The position numbers were made by a program, and so were the translations under genes. Source: Felis catus (taxonomy: Eukaryota). Taken from it: 64,000 nt of DNA. Where the stretch lies: positions 139,874,001 through 139,938,000 of the forward strand of contig NC_058368.1 in the NCBI RefSeq assembly GCF_018350175.1, in the 5' to 3' direction. Below, piece by piece: positions 23,868 to 36,753 of this stretch (position 1 is its first letter; the number at the start of each line of letters is the position of its first letter). The notes beneath the pieces are model-generated. The model did no database searches. It worked only from the letters and a program-made list of their open reading frames with translations, and had not been told where the DNA came from.

Positions 23868-24075
23868 GGGGCACCTGGGTGGCTCGGTTGGGCGACCGAC
23901 TTCGGCTCAGGTCATGATTTCACAGTTTGTGAGTTCGAGCCCTGCATCAGGCTCTGTGCTGACAGCTCAGACCCTGGAGCCTTCTTCAGATTCTGTGTCT
24001 CCCTCTCTCTACCCCTCCCCTGCTCACACTCTGTGTCTCTCCGTCTCTTAATAATAAATGAACTTAAAAAAAAAA
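23868..24075 (+). mobile_element. Can-SINE
   Basis: Canonical body; decayed TSD gaagtaga...tacct. Confidence 0.9.
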
Positions 24076-24507
24076 GGAAGTAGATATACCTCCTTTTTCC
24101 TTTCTTTTCCCTTCAGCTGGCTCTAAGACCTCAGGGAACATCCACATATAGGATGGAAGGAACCAGGACAACGTGGACTGTTTGTTCTATAGGCAAAAAA
24201 ATAACATTTTCTGCTCACTTAAAAATAATTCAACTCTTAAGTATAATCTACCGCAACTAAAAAAATACATCTACTATTCTTAGTTACTAAAAGTTTGAGG
24301 TTTATTTGTACAGCATCTTAACGTTACCCTAATTAATTCACATCTTTTTAAATTTGTTTTCATTTAGGGTTCCTTGTCCTGGAACCTTGTTTCAGGTCAC
24401 ACACAGAGTGCAGTAGAAGCAACACTCAAAATCCCTTTTCTCTTTTCACATTGGCCCTTTGTTGTTGGCAAGTCTTTCTGTACCTGGACTCCCTTAATAC
24501 TCCTTTA

Positions 24508-25890
24508 TTTTTTTATTTTATTTTTTTTTAATTTACATCCAAATTAGTTAGCATATGGTGCAACAATGATTTCAGTAGATTCCTTAATGCCCCTTACCCG
24601 TTTAGCTCATCCCCCCTCTCACAACCCCTCCAGTAACCCTCTGTTTGTTCTTCATATTTAAGAGTCTCTTATGTTTTGTCCCCCTCCCTGTTTTTTTTTT
24701 ATTATTTTTGTTTCCTTTCCCTTGTGTTCATCTGTGTCTTAAAGTCCTCATATGAGTGAAGTCATATGATATTTGTCTTTCTCTGACTAATTTAGCTTAG
24801 CATAATACCCTCCAGTTCCATCCACATAGTTGCAAATGACAACATCTCATTCTTTTTGCTTGCCGAGTAATACTGCATTGATATACCACATCTTCTTTAT
24901 CCATTCATCTGCTGATGGACATTTGGGCTCCTTCCATACTTTGGCTGTTGTTGATAGTGCTGCTATAAAAATGGGGGTGCATGTGCCCCTTCGAAACAGC
25001 ATACCTGTATCCCTTGGATAAGTACCTAATAGTGCAGTTGCTGGGTCATAGGGTAGTTCTATTTTTAATTTTTTCAGGAACCTGTGTACTGTTTTCTAGA
25101 GTGACTGCACCAGCTTGCATTCCCACCAACAACGCAAAAGGGATCCTCTCTCTCTGCATCCTTGCCAACATCTGTTGTTGCCTGAGTTGTTAATGTTAGC
25201 CATTCTGACAGGTGTGAGGTGATACCTCATTGTGGTTTTGATTTGTATTCCCCTGATGATGGGTGATATTGAGCATTTTTTCATGTCTCTGTTGGCCATC
25301 TGGATGTCTTCTTTGGAGAAGCGTCTATTCATGTCTTTTGCCCATTTCTTCACTGGATTATTTGTTTTTCGGTTGTTGAGTTTGAGAAATTCTTTATAGA
25401 TTTTGGATACTAACCCTTCATCTGATATGTCGTTTGCAAATATCTTCTCCCATTCTGTCGGTTGCCTTTTAGTTTTGCTGATTGCTTCCTTTGCTGTGCA
25501 GAAGCTTTTTATTTCGATGAGGTCCCAGTAGTTCATTTTTGCTTTTGTTTCCCTTGTCTCTGGAGACGTATTGAGTAAGAAGTTGCTGGGGCCAAGGTCA
25601 AAGAGATTTTTGCCTGCTTTCTGCTTGAGGATTTTGATGGCTTTCTGTCTTACATTTACGTCTTTCATCCATTTTGAGTTTATTTTTGTGTATGGTGTAA
25701 GAAAGTAGTCCAGGTTCATTCTTCTGCATGTCGCTATCCAGTTTTCCCAGCACCACTTGCTGAAGAGACTGTCTTTGTTCCATTGGATATTCTTTCCTGC
25801 TTTGTCAAAGATTAGTTGGTCATATGTTTGTAGGTCCATTTCTGGGTTCTCTATTCTGTTCCATTGATCTGAGTGTCTGTTTTTGTGCCA
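24508..25890 (-). mobile_element. 5'-truncated felid L1 (ORF2 C-terminal part + 3'UTR + poly-A)
   Basis: 247-aa ORF 25096-25839 ([29 protein letters not shown]...CWWECKLVQ); perfect TSD cccttaatactccttta at 24491-24507 and 25891-25907. Confidence 0.96.
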
Positions 25891-25921
25891 CCCTTAATAC
25901 TCCTTTAAAGACCTTTCTAGT

Positions 25922-26140
25922 GGGGCACCTGGATGGCTCAGTCAGTCAAGCGTCCAACTCTTGGTTTCAACTTAGGTCATGATGTCATGGCTCATGAATT
26001 CAAGCCCCATGTCAGGCTCTATGCTGACAGCATGCTTGGGATTCTCTCCCTTTCTGTCTGACCCCTGCATCCGCCCCCTTTCCCCGACTTGTACACACTC
26101 TCTCTTTCTCTCAAAAAAAAAAAAAAAACCTTAAAAAAAA
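25922..26140 (+). mobile_element. Can-SINE (older)
   Basis: TSD aaagacctttctag / aaagacctttttag. Confidence 0.88.
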
Positions 26141-28826
26141 AAGACCTTTTTAGAAACAGAGTCTCATTATTATAGAGTAGTGGTTAAGTTCACAGACCCC
26201 CAAAGACAGGTTTCCTGAGTTTTAACCTCACCTCTGCCCCTCATGAGCTATGGAAGGTTGGGCAAGTTACTTAGCCTCTGTGTGTATCAATTGTCTTAAC
26301 TGCAAAATGGGACAATAATATTACTTCCCTCCAGAAGTTCCTGTGAGGATTCAATGAGTCATAAGATGTAGATAGAGTACACATCTACACTGCCTAAAGT
26401 ACACATCACTGTTACACTGTTGATAGTGTACCTCACAGCCCGTCTAGTCACAGATGGTGAATCTTGGGTAAACAATTTAAATTTGAGCTGAGCTTCTTCC
26501 TACAAAATAGTAAAATGCCATATTAATAACAGAAGTGATTTTCAGTCTGGGAGAAAGGGCATATCCTTACATTTTGAGGAGCTCAACTCCAAAAGTACTT
26601 GAGTACTTGAGTACAAAAGTACTTGATGATCAACCAACATCCTAGGCCATTTCACGTATATTTTGCTATTAGTTATTATGGAAATCTACATAATTAAATC
26701 AGGAGACCAGAAATACATTCACAATAAATTCTACCTGGGTAATATATGGGAAATTTTGATATAATATTAACCATTATTATAAATACAATACTGTATTATA
26801 TATTTACCTCCATAGTGTTAGAGTTATCTTTTAGAATTTTAGAGTTTTTATTAATAAGAAAAAGGAAAATATATAAAACTGGGTCAACTAAAAGTTATTT
26901 ATATTCTAGAAACACCAGAAGGGAATGACTTTACAAAGGGAGATTTTGAGTGTCATCTTTACCCACTAAGATATAGAAGATACATAATCCTGATACTATG
27001 TGAAGCAAGCTGTATCGTATACCTTGTAAAATATATATCGATTCTGTTAATATGAAAAAATGAAAGGTCCTTTTTAAAGTTGTGGGTTGATACAATTTTA
27101 TATTTAAAAAGAATGTTGTGTTGGTTATCATTCAACTTACATGGATCATTATATTCCCAAGATGAGTGGGCATATATTTGAAACCATTTTAATAAAAATT
27201 TAAAAGGCATTGGTTTATTTTCTATTACATTGTACACTCAGCAAATGTACGTAAAGACCCAGAATTCTAAGAAAAACATATGCCAAAACATGCTCTTTTG
27301 TAAAATCTAAATTTAAAATAAGCTCACAAAATACCATGATAACCCTCAATTGCCTACAATTCAAGTAATTGAAATTACAATTGAAGATGTTGACAGTCAC
27401 ATGCATAGCATAAGAGCACTAAGTTTACCATGAGAATCAATGAGAGGATGTAGTTGATTTGTTACATTGTAGCAGAATGAGAGGATTGTAGTTGATTTTC
27501 TCAATTCTAAGAATCAAGTCACATAGATTACTCACGTTTCTTTAAAAAGAGCTTTAAAAGTGAACAGATGTTAATTCACTTATGGCCAGTGAATATATAA
27601 TATATATTAATATAATATGAACACGATAATATAAATATGTAGTCTAAATTATTTTAAATTATAAATAATCCTACCTTAATAAAATTATGGAAAATCTATA
27701 TGGGAGTGTTTTGTTGTTGTTGTTGTTGTTGTTTTTGAGACAAAAGGGATTTGAAGAAACTTAATGGAACCATTGCTCTCTGACACTATCATTTAGAAAT
27801 TATTTTTCAAGGAAAATAAATTTCATTGTATTGCTAATTAAGTATCTTTTACCCTTCTAATAATAACATTCTACTCCTAGGTGACTGTGGAACCTGTAAA
27901 CTTTCTCTTGTAAATTTGCTGATGAAAAATAGTAAGATAAAAATAAAGTAAGACTCTTTTTGAAATTAGAGTCTTTAATTTATTATTTTATTCTTTTTGG
28001 CATGTATTTTTCCCCTTCCTCCTCAGTTCCCCACTGCTGCCCATAAAATCCCAAATCTTATTCAAGGCCTATCTCAAATAGTCTTCCTCCTAAGAAGCCT
28101 GGTTTTGTTTTTTGTTTTAATATTATTTCTTGTGATCTCTTCTCACCTCATACACTGTATATGCTTAACTCACATTGTATTGTGCTATGTGTATGCTGCA
28201 TATGGCTAGGTCCTCTGGGACAGGGATTGTGCCTTTTTCCTTTCAGTGTCACCTGTGGGACCAAGCACAGACCTATATGCAGTGGGCCCTAAATAAACAT
28301 TTGCTGAATTAAAAATGTTAAGTATTTCTGGTTTTCCCAGTCCTTTATACAATAATTTGTGTCTGCTGATGATCCAAACCTCTTTGCTCACTTTCGAAGG
28401 CCTGCAAAATCCCTCCAGAACAAAGCTCAGCCTGCGGCATGACTCAGCAATACAGGGTCTGCGTGCATTCCCGGCTCTGGTAGCTTCTACAGAATGGAAG
28501 GAAGTTTGTTTCAGCCACACCAGGGGGCAGTGTGACACACGTCTGCATGGCCATCAAGGCAGGTAAGCGAGGAAAAACAACGCAGTGATTCTGCAAAGAA
28601 AACATTTGGAAAATAGTTTAGCACAAAAAGGATAAATGAACTTAATTTTCTGTAGCTTAATCAGACATCCCAAGACTGGAATGATTTATATTACTGCTGC
28701 TAACAGGGAAAAGTAAAAAATAGTTTTATTATTTCTGCTGTCAACACGAACACAGAAAGAGATACGTATTTGGGCAGACAAGAGTTGATCTTTGCATTTA
28801 TATAAAGGACTAGAAGTGATCATATT

Positions 28827-28855
28827 AAAAATTTTTTTTAAGTTTTTTTATTTAT

Positions 28856-28890
<35 letters not shown>

Positions 28891-29066
28891 AAGAGAGTGA
28901 GTGGGGGGGAGGGACAGAGAGAAAGAGAGAGAGAGAATGCCCCCAACAGGCTCCCCACTGTCAGTGAAGAGCATGACTCGGGGCTCAAACTCACAAATTG
29001 TGAGATCATGACCTGAGCTGAGACCAAGAGTCAGACACTTAACAGACTGAGCCAGCCAGGCACCCC
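28827..29066 (-). mobile_element. Can-SINE
   Basis: (GA)n body; TSD-like agtgatcat on both sides. Confidence 0.9.
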
Positions 29067-29524
29067 TAGTAGTGATCATGTTAAAGTTCATGTTGTTATA
29101 CTCTTTTGTAAAGATGAAACTAGCTACAAAAGTCACAATTATTATTTGGAATTCAAATGGTCAGAACATCTTACCTATCAATTAAGAGGTTAATCTGATT
29201 CTCAATGTACAGTATTTTGGGAGTTACAAAATGGTTGAATTTGGGAGCAAGTGAATGATTTGTGCAATTTCATTTCCATGCATATAAATATCATTATTGC
29301 CTCAAAGTTGGGATTTCAGTGCAGTCCCACTGAATTTGAAATATGGTGAAACAAGGGACAATTGCGTTATTCTGGTATCAGTACCATACTCCTCTACAAA
29401 GTAGCACACTGTGTGGTACTTGTATCATCACGTCCACATTTCAGTTGCTGAGTACTTATTGGAACTGTAAGATAGGGAAAGCACTTACTAATAGAGAGAA
29501 ATCTATCCTTTAGGGCTTTTCGTG

Positions 29525-30093
29525 GACATTTGTCATTGTGGGCACTTCTGATTGCCCAGCACCCTTTGAACACTCTTCGAGTGTTTGCAAAACATCCTGT
29601 CTTATGAGTCCCCCTTCTCCAGGTTGAAGCTGAAAACTGGCTTTCCCAGATTCCCTTGCAGCAAGGGTACAGGTGTGAGGCCTGGATTCCATCAGTCAGA
29701 TGCACTTGCATGTGACTTTGATTGGGAAGTGAGCAAGGGGAGAAAGGAGGCGTGCAGATTTTGTTATTTGGCAAGCACAGCAACAAACGTGTTGGGCTCT
29801 TTAGGGGCGTTGCCACCAGAGTTTCTGGCGTCCACTCCTGAGCATCACGCAGCGTGAGTTGGGCAGTGTCCATGCAAGCGACGGTGGAGGGGCCAACCAG
29901 TGACAGCAAGGGTGTTTGAGCTATAGTGGCTCCTGCAGAGCATTGGACGTTGTCCCTGCTGCTCAACATCCAAGCCTGGTCTCAAGCCCTCTCAGCTTCT
30001 GTGAACTACTTATTAGCCTTTAATTAATTCTTTTTCCACTTAAGCCAGCCAAGGTAGATTTTGTTGTTTGCCACTTAAACTCTGATAGAAACA
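29525..30093 (+). mobile_element. Old ERVL-type LTR (LTR16/LTR33-like)
   Basis: GC-richer block ending cttaagccagccaaggtagattttgttgtttgccacttaaactctgatagaaaca, typical of ERVL LTR 3' ends. Confidence 0.45.
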
Positions 30094-30619
30094 AGGAATG
30101 GGAGGACATACTCCTTGATTTTTAGACATACATTTTGGGATAACTTGTACAGATTATATCGTGTTATGAATCTAGGGATTTTTTTTTAATGAAAACAAGA
30201 AAAGAAGAAAGAAAGAATACAATATAATACTTGTAATCTGGACCTGATTAAAGAGCCAATAAATGAGTTAAAGCAACCACAAATGAATAAAAATAAAGTC
30301 ATTTTAATATTTATATCTATAAGTGGCATGCTTTCTATAAATAAGGGAGAGTAATTTTAATGTTCAGAACTAGGAATTTGAATTTCATACCAGAAAACAA
30401 ATTTGATATCAAAGAGTCATTTAGCAAAGTGCCAATCTTTAGAAAAGCTGAATAGAAAACTGTTTTTTTTGTCTGGTTGGAACCCTGTTTCCCTTCTAGT
30501 TACAGAATCTCTCTTTATTCTTGGGAACCCTTGAGAGGATAAGAAATAATTATTGACAAGAGTGGAGCAGCAGGTTATAACATGATAAAATTTTTACAAC
30601 TTATCCCCAAATTTATGAA

Positions 30620-30765
30620 CCAGGAACCAGGCTCTTACCAGATACTGAATCTGCCAGCACCTTGATCTTGGGTTTCCAGCCTCCAGACGTGTGAAAAATA
30701 AATGTTTACTGTTGAAGTCACCAGTCTATTGTGTTTTTGTTATAGTAGCCCTAATGGACTAAACA
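30620..30765 (+). mobile_element. MLT1-type LTR 3' fragment
   Basis: gaatctgccagcaccttgatcttggg...ccagcctccaga...aaataaatgttt...tttgttatagtagccctaatggactaa. Confidence 0.7.
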
Positions 30766-30779
30766 TTCCCCCAGCCCTC

Positions 30780-31215
30780 ACCTCACCTCAATGAAACACA
30801 GGTCTGATTTTTTTTAAATCATTGGAGATGAATTTTGACTTATTCTTGAAGGTCAAGTAAGTGGAATCATAGAGTATGCACCTTCCCCCTGGCCACTCTT
30901 ACCCAGTGTAATGTTTGTGAAATTCATCCATGTTATTGTGATTATCAGTATAACTTGTTCCTTTTTATTGCTAAGTGGTGTTCCATCATATAAGTGTCCA
31001 ATGATGTGCTTATTCAACCGTGGGTAGACATTTGGGCTGTTTCCAGTTTGGGCTGTTATTGACATTCCTATATGCATTTTTATGGGCATATATTTTCATT
31101 CTCTTCAGTAAATACCTAAGACTGTATTTGCTGCTGTGCATTAACTATTTTTACATATTGTTGGATTTAATTTGCTGACTTTTTTTAGGGCTTTTGTCTC
31201 TGTATTCATAAGGCC
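30780..31215 (-). mobile_element. Old L1M 3' fragments
   Basis: gtggaatcatagagtatg...aaattcatccatgtt...gacatttgggctgtttccagtttggg. Confidence 0.7.
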
Positions 31216-31811
31216 AAGGGAAGTTACAGTAACTACCTGTCAAAGAGGTAAACATTTGGTCCTTTTCTGGATGGTTGAGGCAAAACTAACCCTTTGGCTC
31301 TTTACCTGTTTTGAAGCCATCATAGCAACAGTCCCTTAATCCTAAGCAATGGTCATTGGAACCAGAATACATACAAACTAGATGGAATCATCCACCACCA
31401 TGGAAAGAAAGGCTTAAAAAATGCATAATAGGGCCATAGCAATGAAAGTAATGTGGAAATTCAGAGGCCACAAGTCTCCAACTTCATAACTGAGTAAACT
31501 TGCTCTATATTCTTCCCAATCTCTGTTTTTAAGGGACATATATGTACCCTATGTGCCTCTATATTCTTAGGCAACTAATCCATAAACTGATGATCTTCTG
31601 ATGGAAAGACCATCAGAGATTCCCTAGAGAGAAACTGTACATTTTTGGGAGGCCATTGGTATAATTTGAACTGTCATCATGAGGCAGATCGTTTTCAGCT
31701 GTGGCAGTCTAGCCATTGTACCCCTGGATCCGAAGGTGGGCTCAGAGACGGTACAGTCACTCTGAACCCATGGACTTACAGATATTGACTCTGGATCAGA
31801 TGTCCTCTTTC

Positions 31812-32032
31812 TTTCTTGTTTTTTAAAAAAGTTTTAAATATTTTTGAGAGAGAGATAGAGTGCAAGCAGGGGAGAGGCAGAGAGAGGGGGGGATGTGGCA
31901 CAGAATTTGAAGCAGGCCCCAGGCTCTGAGATGTCAGCACAGAGTCTGATGTGGGGCTCGAACCCACAAACTGCAATATCATGACCTGAGCCAAAATCGA
32001 TCACTTAACCAACTGAGCCACCCAGGCGCCCC
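31812..32032 (-). mobile_element. Can-SINE
   Basis: TSD atgtcctctttc at 31800-31811 and 32038-32049. Confidence 0.92.
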
Positions 32033-32751
32033 ATTCAATGTCCTCTTTCATAAGTGTGAAGTGGCCTGTGAGTGTTACTGCTTTGATATCTGTCAGATGC
32101 CCCAAAAGTAAAGGTTACTCATTCCAGAGTAAATAATTTTATTTGCAAGTTAAGATTTATAGTGAATTCACTGCAACTTCTCTTTCCTGCATACTTAAAC
32201 ACCTGACTGAATCTTTGGCATGTACTGAAGGCAATCAGTAGATTTTTAAGAAAGCAATCAATATTCCAGAATGTCTCATCACAAAATTAGAAATTATGTA
32301 AAGATAATTGAGGTAAAACACAAAGAACACATTGTTCTCTTGACTCATATTGGTTCCTCCCTGACAATGAATTTTTATGAGCTGCTTGGACTATTAAAGA
32401 AAATTGATATTTTAAAGTCTATGATTATTTGTGACAGGAGTACAATACTTGTAGGCTTTTGTTTGTATATTTGTATTTATACTGAATATCTATGACCAAC
32501 TGTGAGTAAAATACCTTCTGTTTTTAAATTGCTCATTTGTATAGTGCTTGCCACACATCACTTGAATGAATACTCATTAGATGTGAAACTCAAGTGCTTT
32601 ATGACTTAGCTTTAAAATATTTAATTAAGAAATGAAGGGGAAAGCATCTAGGAGCACAATATAAATAGCTTATATGACTTTGTGGGGAATTATCTTTTAG
32701 AGTAATTTTTCTGAATACCTAAAACTTATACCTTCAAGAGCTGTCTTTTTT

Positions 32752-33003
32752 CTTTTTTTTTCTTTTTTTCTTTTCTTTTTTATTAAAAAAAATTTTTTTT
32801 AACGTTTATTTATTTTTTTGAGACAGAGAGAGACAGAGCATGAACTGGGGAGGGTCAGAGAGAGGGAGACACAGAATCTGAAACAGGCTCCAGGCTCTGA
32901 GCTGTCAGCACAGAGCCTGACGCAGGGCTCGAACTCATGGACCGCGAGATCATGACCTGAGCCGAAGTCGGCCGCCCAACCGACTGAGCCACCCAGGCGC
33001 CCC
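32752..33003 (-). mobile_element. Can-SINE (fairly young)
   Basis: TSD ctgtctttttt; long T-rich tail. Confidence 0.92.
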
Positions 33004-33559
33004 TGTCTTTTTTTCTTTTAACCAATTAAATAATATTCTTTCAAAATGCATGGCTTGATTTCCTCCCATCTTAAGCAGAACAAATATAATGTAGTCTACC
33101 CCTTCTACAGATGATAATTATGCATGTTAGTTCACTATGGGGTGTTGCCCTTGAGGTTTATTTAAGTGCTTAGACCAAAGGAGGGGATCAGAAACTAAAG
33201 CAGCACAGCAGTCTAGGGCCATATAGTAAATGATGGGGCCATCTGTTAAATGTGCCTCCTCTCTCTTCCTGTTCCCCTCCCCCATATCCATTGGCTTCCA
33301 ATCTAGTCACTGAAAATCAGGAAGATTGAGGGAACCAGATCACCTTGGTTATTCTTGCACGAACTTTATTTTATATTCTTTTACACTGTTGTTTTAGAGG
33401 GGACCCAAGGGTGACTCTAAATGCTTTCATGCAGGTGTCAAGTGCATATGTTCATAGGCCTTTTCCTCTCATTTTCATGCTGCAGGCCTTCCTGTTTAGT
33501 GAAGTTAGACAAAGAGTGCTGGAGACGTGACACATGACTAGACTAAGGTTTGTGTACTT

Positions 33560-33845
33560 TACAAGCTTTCAGTTACAAGCTTCTGGGGATCTAATGTGTT
33601 CTGGGGATCTAATGCACAGCATGGTGACTATAGTTAATACTACTGTTTTATATATTTGAAATTTGCTACAAGAGTAGATCTACCCCCCCCCCCCCACCAC
33701 ACACAGTAACTATGTGAGGTGATGGATGTATAACCATTTTGATTGTGGTAATCATTTCACAATGTATACATATATTAAATCATCACATTGTACACATCAA
33801 ATATATATAATTCTTCTTTGTCAATTATATCTCAGTAGAGCTGCT
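33560..33845 (+). mobile_element. Old L1MA-type 3' end
   Basis: cagcatggtgactatagttaata...gtaactatgtgaggtgatgga...gtggtaatcatttcacaatgtatac...gtcaattatatctc. Confidence 0.75.
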
Positions 33846-33872
33846 GGGAGTGCGGAAAGTCCTGTGTACTTT

Positions 33873-34076
33873 ATTTATTTAAAAAAAACTTTTTTAAATG
33901 TTTAAGAGACAGAGAGATAGAGAACAAGTGGGGGAGGGACAGAGAGAGGGAGACGCAGAATCTGAAGCAGGCTCCAGGCTCTGAGCTGTCAGCACAGAGC
34001 CTGATTAGGGGCTCCAACTCACGAACCATGAGATATGCCCTGAGCCCAAGTTGGACGCTTAACCCAAGTGCCATCC
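33873..34076 (-). mobile_element. Can-SINE (older member of a tandem pair)
   Basis: TSD aagtcctgtgtacttt at 33857-33872 and 34077-34092. Confidence 0.92.
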
Positions 34077-34092
34077 AAGTCCTGTGTACTTT

Positions 34093-34304
34093 TTTTTTTT
34101 TCAACGTTTTTTATTTATTGGGACAGAGAGAGACAGAGCATGAACGGGGGAGGGGCAGAGAGAGAGGGAGACACAGAATCGGAAACAGGCTCCAGGCTCC
34201 GAGCCATCAGCCCAGAGCCTGACATGGGGCTCGAACTCACGGACCGCGAGATCGTGACCTGGCTGAAGTCGGACGCTTAACCGACTGCGCCACCCAGGCG
34301 CCCC
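34093..34304 (-). mobile_element. Young Can-SINE inserted at the neighbour's TSD
   Basis: Near-consensus and CpG-rich; third tcctgtgtactttt copy at 34307-34320. Confidence 0.95.
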
Positions 34305-34752
34305 ATTCCTGTGTACTTTTAAAGTGTAAGAAAAGCATGGATGGCCCACCCAGACATAGCTTTTTAAATTTTTTTCTGTTTGTGTCTTTCCTTAGAAGCA
34401 GGTCTTGGGACACAGATTCAAGTAAGAGTAGCTCATTTGACGGGTGAAGGAAACACGGGTGGTAGGGGTTTGAGAGAAGGCAGTGAAGGCAGCACAAAGA
34501 GTGTATGATGCAGTCAGGTACCCCTGTGGGCAACTGGAGTTTCACGGACTGTGCACTGGGCAGACAGTAGAGGGCGCGCTGCGCAGTCACTGAGCCCACC
34601 CTCCGCATCCAGCCAGTCCACAAAGGGTGTTCAGTCTCGTCGTCCTGCATGTGTCCATGCCCAGCGCAGCAGGCATGGGCAGGGGTGTGTCTGACACCAA
34701 AGAGGGCCCTCAGGTGAAGAGATACAGGTTCGGTTGAGATGGAAGTGAGGCA

Positions 34753-35071
34753 TGGTAAAAAATAAACTGACACACACTGGACAGTTTAAGAGGTCATTTG
34801 AACATAAATCAGTAGGAATTGGGCAGTGCCAACCCACAAGTAGTCAGGAGCTGGGGAGAGACTTTTATAGAGAAAAGGCGGGAGCAAGGTAAGGAAACTG
34901 TTGATGGGCTATAGCTTCAAGCCCAGTTGGCTGTTTGTGATTGGTTGTCCTTAGGTTTCAATTTTGTCACCTTCGGGCATTTACAAACTTAGATTTTGGT
35001 TTGCTTAGGAAGGCCACCACAGCATTGAAGCCACCTCAATCTCATGGCCCCCTTGTTTAATTAATTTAACA
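34753..35071 (-). mobile_element. Short solo LTR nested in an old MLT1-type LTR (~34380-35135)
   Basis: TG...CA ends; flanks ggca/ggct (4-bp TSD with one mismatch). Confidence 0.5.
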
Positions 35072-36114
35072 GGCTGCTTGCCCTAAAGTGACCATGGAGG
35101 GGGCTGGGGGGCTACAGGTGTGGCATCAGTAGTGTCCACTGTAGCTGGAGACGTTGACATGAGAATGACCCCCATGATTTGTAGACTTGCATTTTGAGAA
35201 CAAATTAGCAACCTAAATAAAGAGGTAAATTGAGGGAATCTCAAATGACCAGAAACTGAGCAATTTGAGAAGCACACACTTGTAGCAAGCTACAGGTGAG
35301 TCCCTTGAGGATTTGCAGGGGCAAGGTGTGCACGGAAGGAGGAGTCTGGCCAGTAAGCTCACTAGCCTGAAGACAGGGAGATTCTTGATGGATATTCATT
35401 GCTTATGAGATACATTTCAGTCTTGTATCAATTAGGCATTTATGGGAAATCAGTCTCTCAGTTCTTCAAGTTTCATTTTTCCAAAGACACGTACATGAGA
35501 GTCTCTGTTTCACTTCCTGTGGTTCCATCTTAGATTGAAGTCCTTTCACAAAACTAAAAGATAGTTGTGAGTTTCCTTTAACCATACTAGTATCTGGAGA
35601 CATTGATCTATAATGTTTCTGGAAGAAAAACTCAATTCCTATTAAGTAGGTCCACACTGCCTGTCTTTTCTGCTTGATTTCCTGAATAAGTTACCCAGCA
35701 AATTGTCTAACTCAGCCCCCTGCTTTTATAATTATCTAACTACTGCCAATTTGAATTTCTTTTGTCTTGAACAGTCAGCTGTAGTGAGATGACTGAGAGG
35801 TGATTGATTTTATAGTGTCAGTTTACTCCACTTCCTCAAATCAGACAGTTTTTAAAATTACAGAGTAATGATTCTGGAAAATATTATGTCAAGCACTGCT
35901 TATTTATGAAAACTTTATACTGTCTTTGTAAGATGCTCAGCTGTGGGAGCAGTGAGTACAAATAAATAGGGATTCTGTATGTTGTAGCAGAGAGCTCCTT
36001 TTATTGGCCAGTATCATTTTTGTGTGTGGATCCGTTTCTCTCCACCTCCATTTGGCCCTGGGGGTGTGTCTGTAATGGGGTCTCACACATCCACATACTC
36101 TTACAGGGTTGGCA

Positions 36115-36423
36115 TATGTGTCGATGTTATGTGTCTACTTGACTGAGCCAAGAGGTGCGCAGATTAAACACTACTTCTAGGTATGTCTCTGAGGGTATTT
36201 CTGGATGAGAAATCAACTCCCATGGTTCTTAGGTCTGTGAGCTGAGGCTGGAACAACACCATCAGCTTTCTTGGGTGTCCATCTTGTAGACAGTAGGTCA
36301 TGGGACTTCTCAGCCTCTGTAGACATGTGAAGTAATTCCTCAAAGTGAATCTCCACATATATATTCCATAATATATATCATATTCTAATGGTTCTCTTTC
36401 TCTGGAGAACCCTGATTAAGGCA
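36115..36423 (+). mobile_element. MLT2 (ERVL) LTR, internally deleted, nested in an older ERVL-type LTR
   Basis: ttatgtgtctacttgactgagcca...ttctaggtatgtctctgagggtatttctggatgaga...tggttctctttctctggagaaccctgattaa. Confidence 0.75.
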
Positions 36424-36753
36424 GCATGTGGCTAGGGCTGGGCCAATCTTAGTACAGTATTTGATTGAGCACACAGAGTGGAAACATGATCCAATCATGG
36501 CCAACCTATGTATGTGTTGTGTGGGGACATAGATATTATGGATGCTGGGAGAATGAAATTCTCTTTCTGCCTCATTTGCTAATCTGATAGCATAAGACTA
36601 TGCATGGTTGTAAGTCACTATCTTGGCTCCCTTAGGTAGAGAGAGATTCCATGCAGAATGCAGCCAAGTAGAGGCAAGTAGTGGGGACAAAAAGTTCTGG
36701 AGACTTTAGTCCCTACATCTGGCTGTTCTTGAGCTCAGCATCAGGGCCTTCTG

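Noticed and set aside
29394..29969. 191-aa minus-strand ORF
   Set aside because: Overlaps an old LTR-like element; no recognisable domain or exon structure
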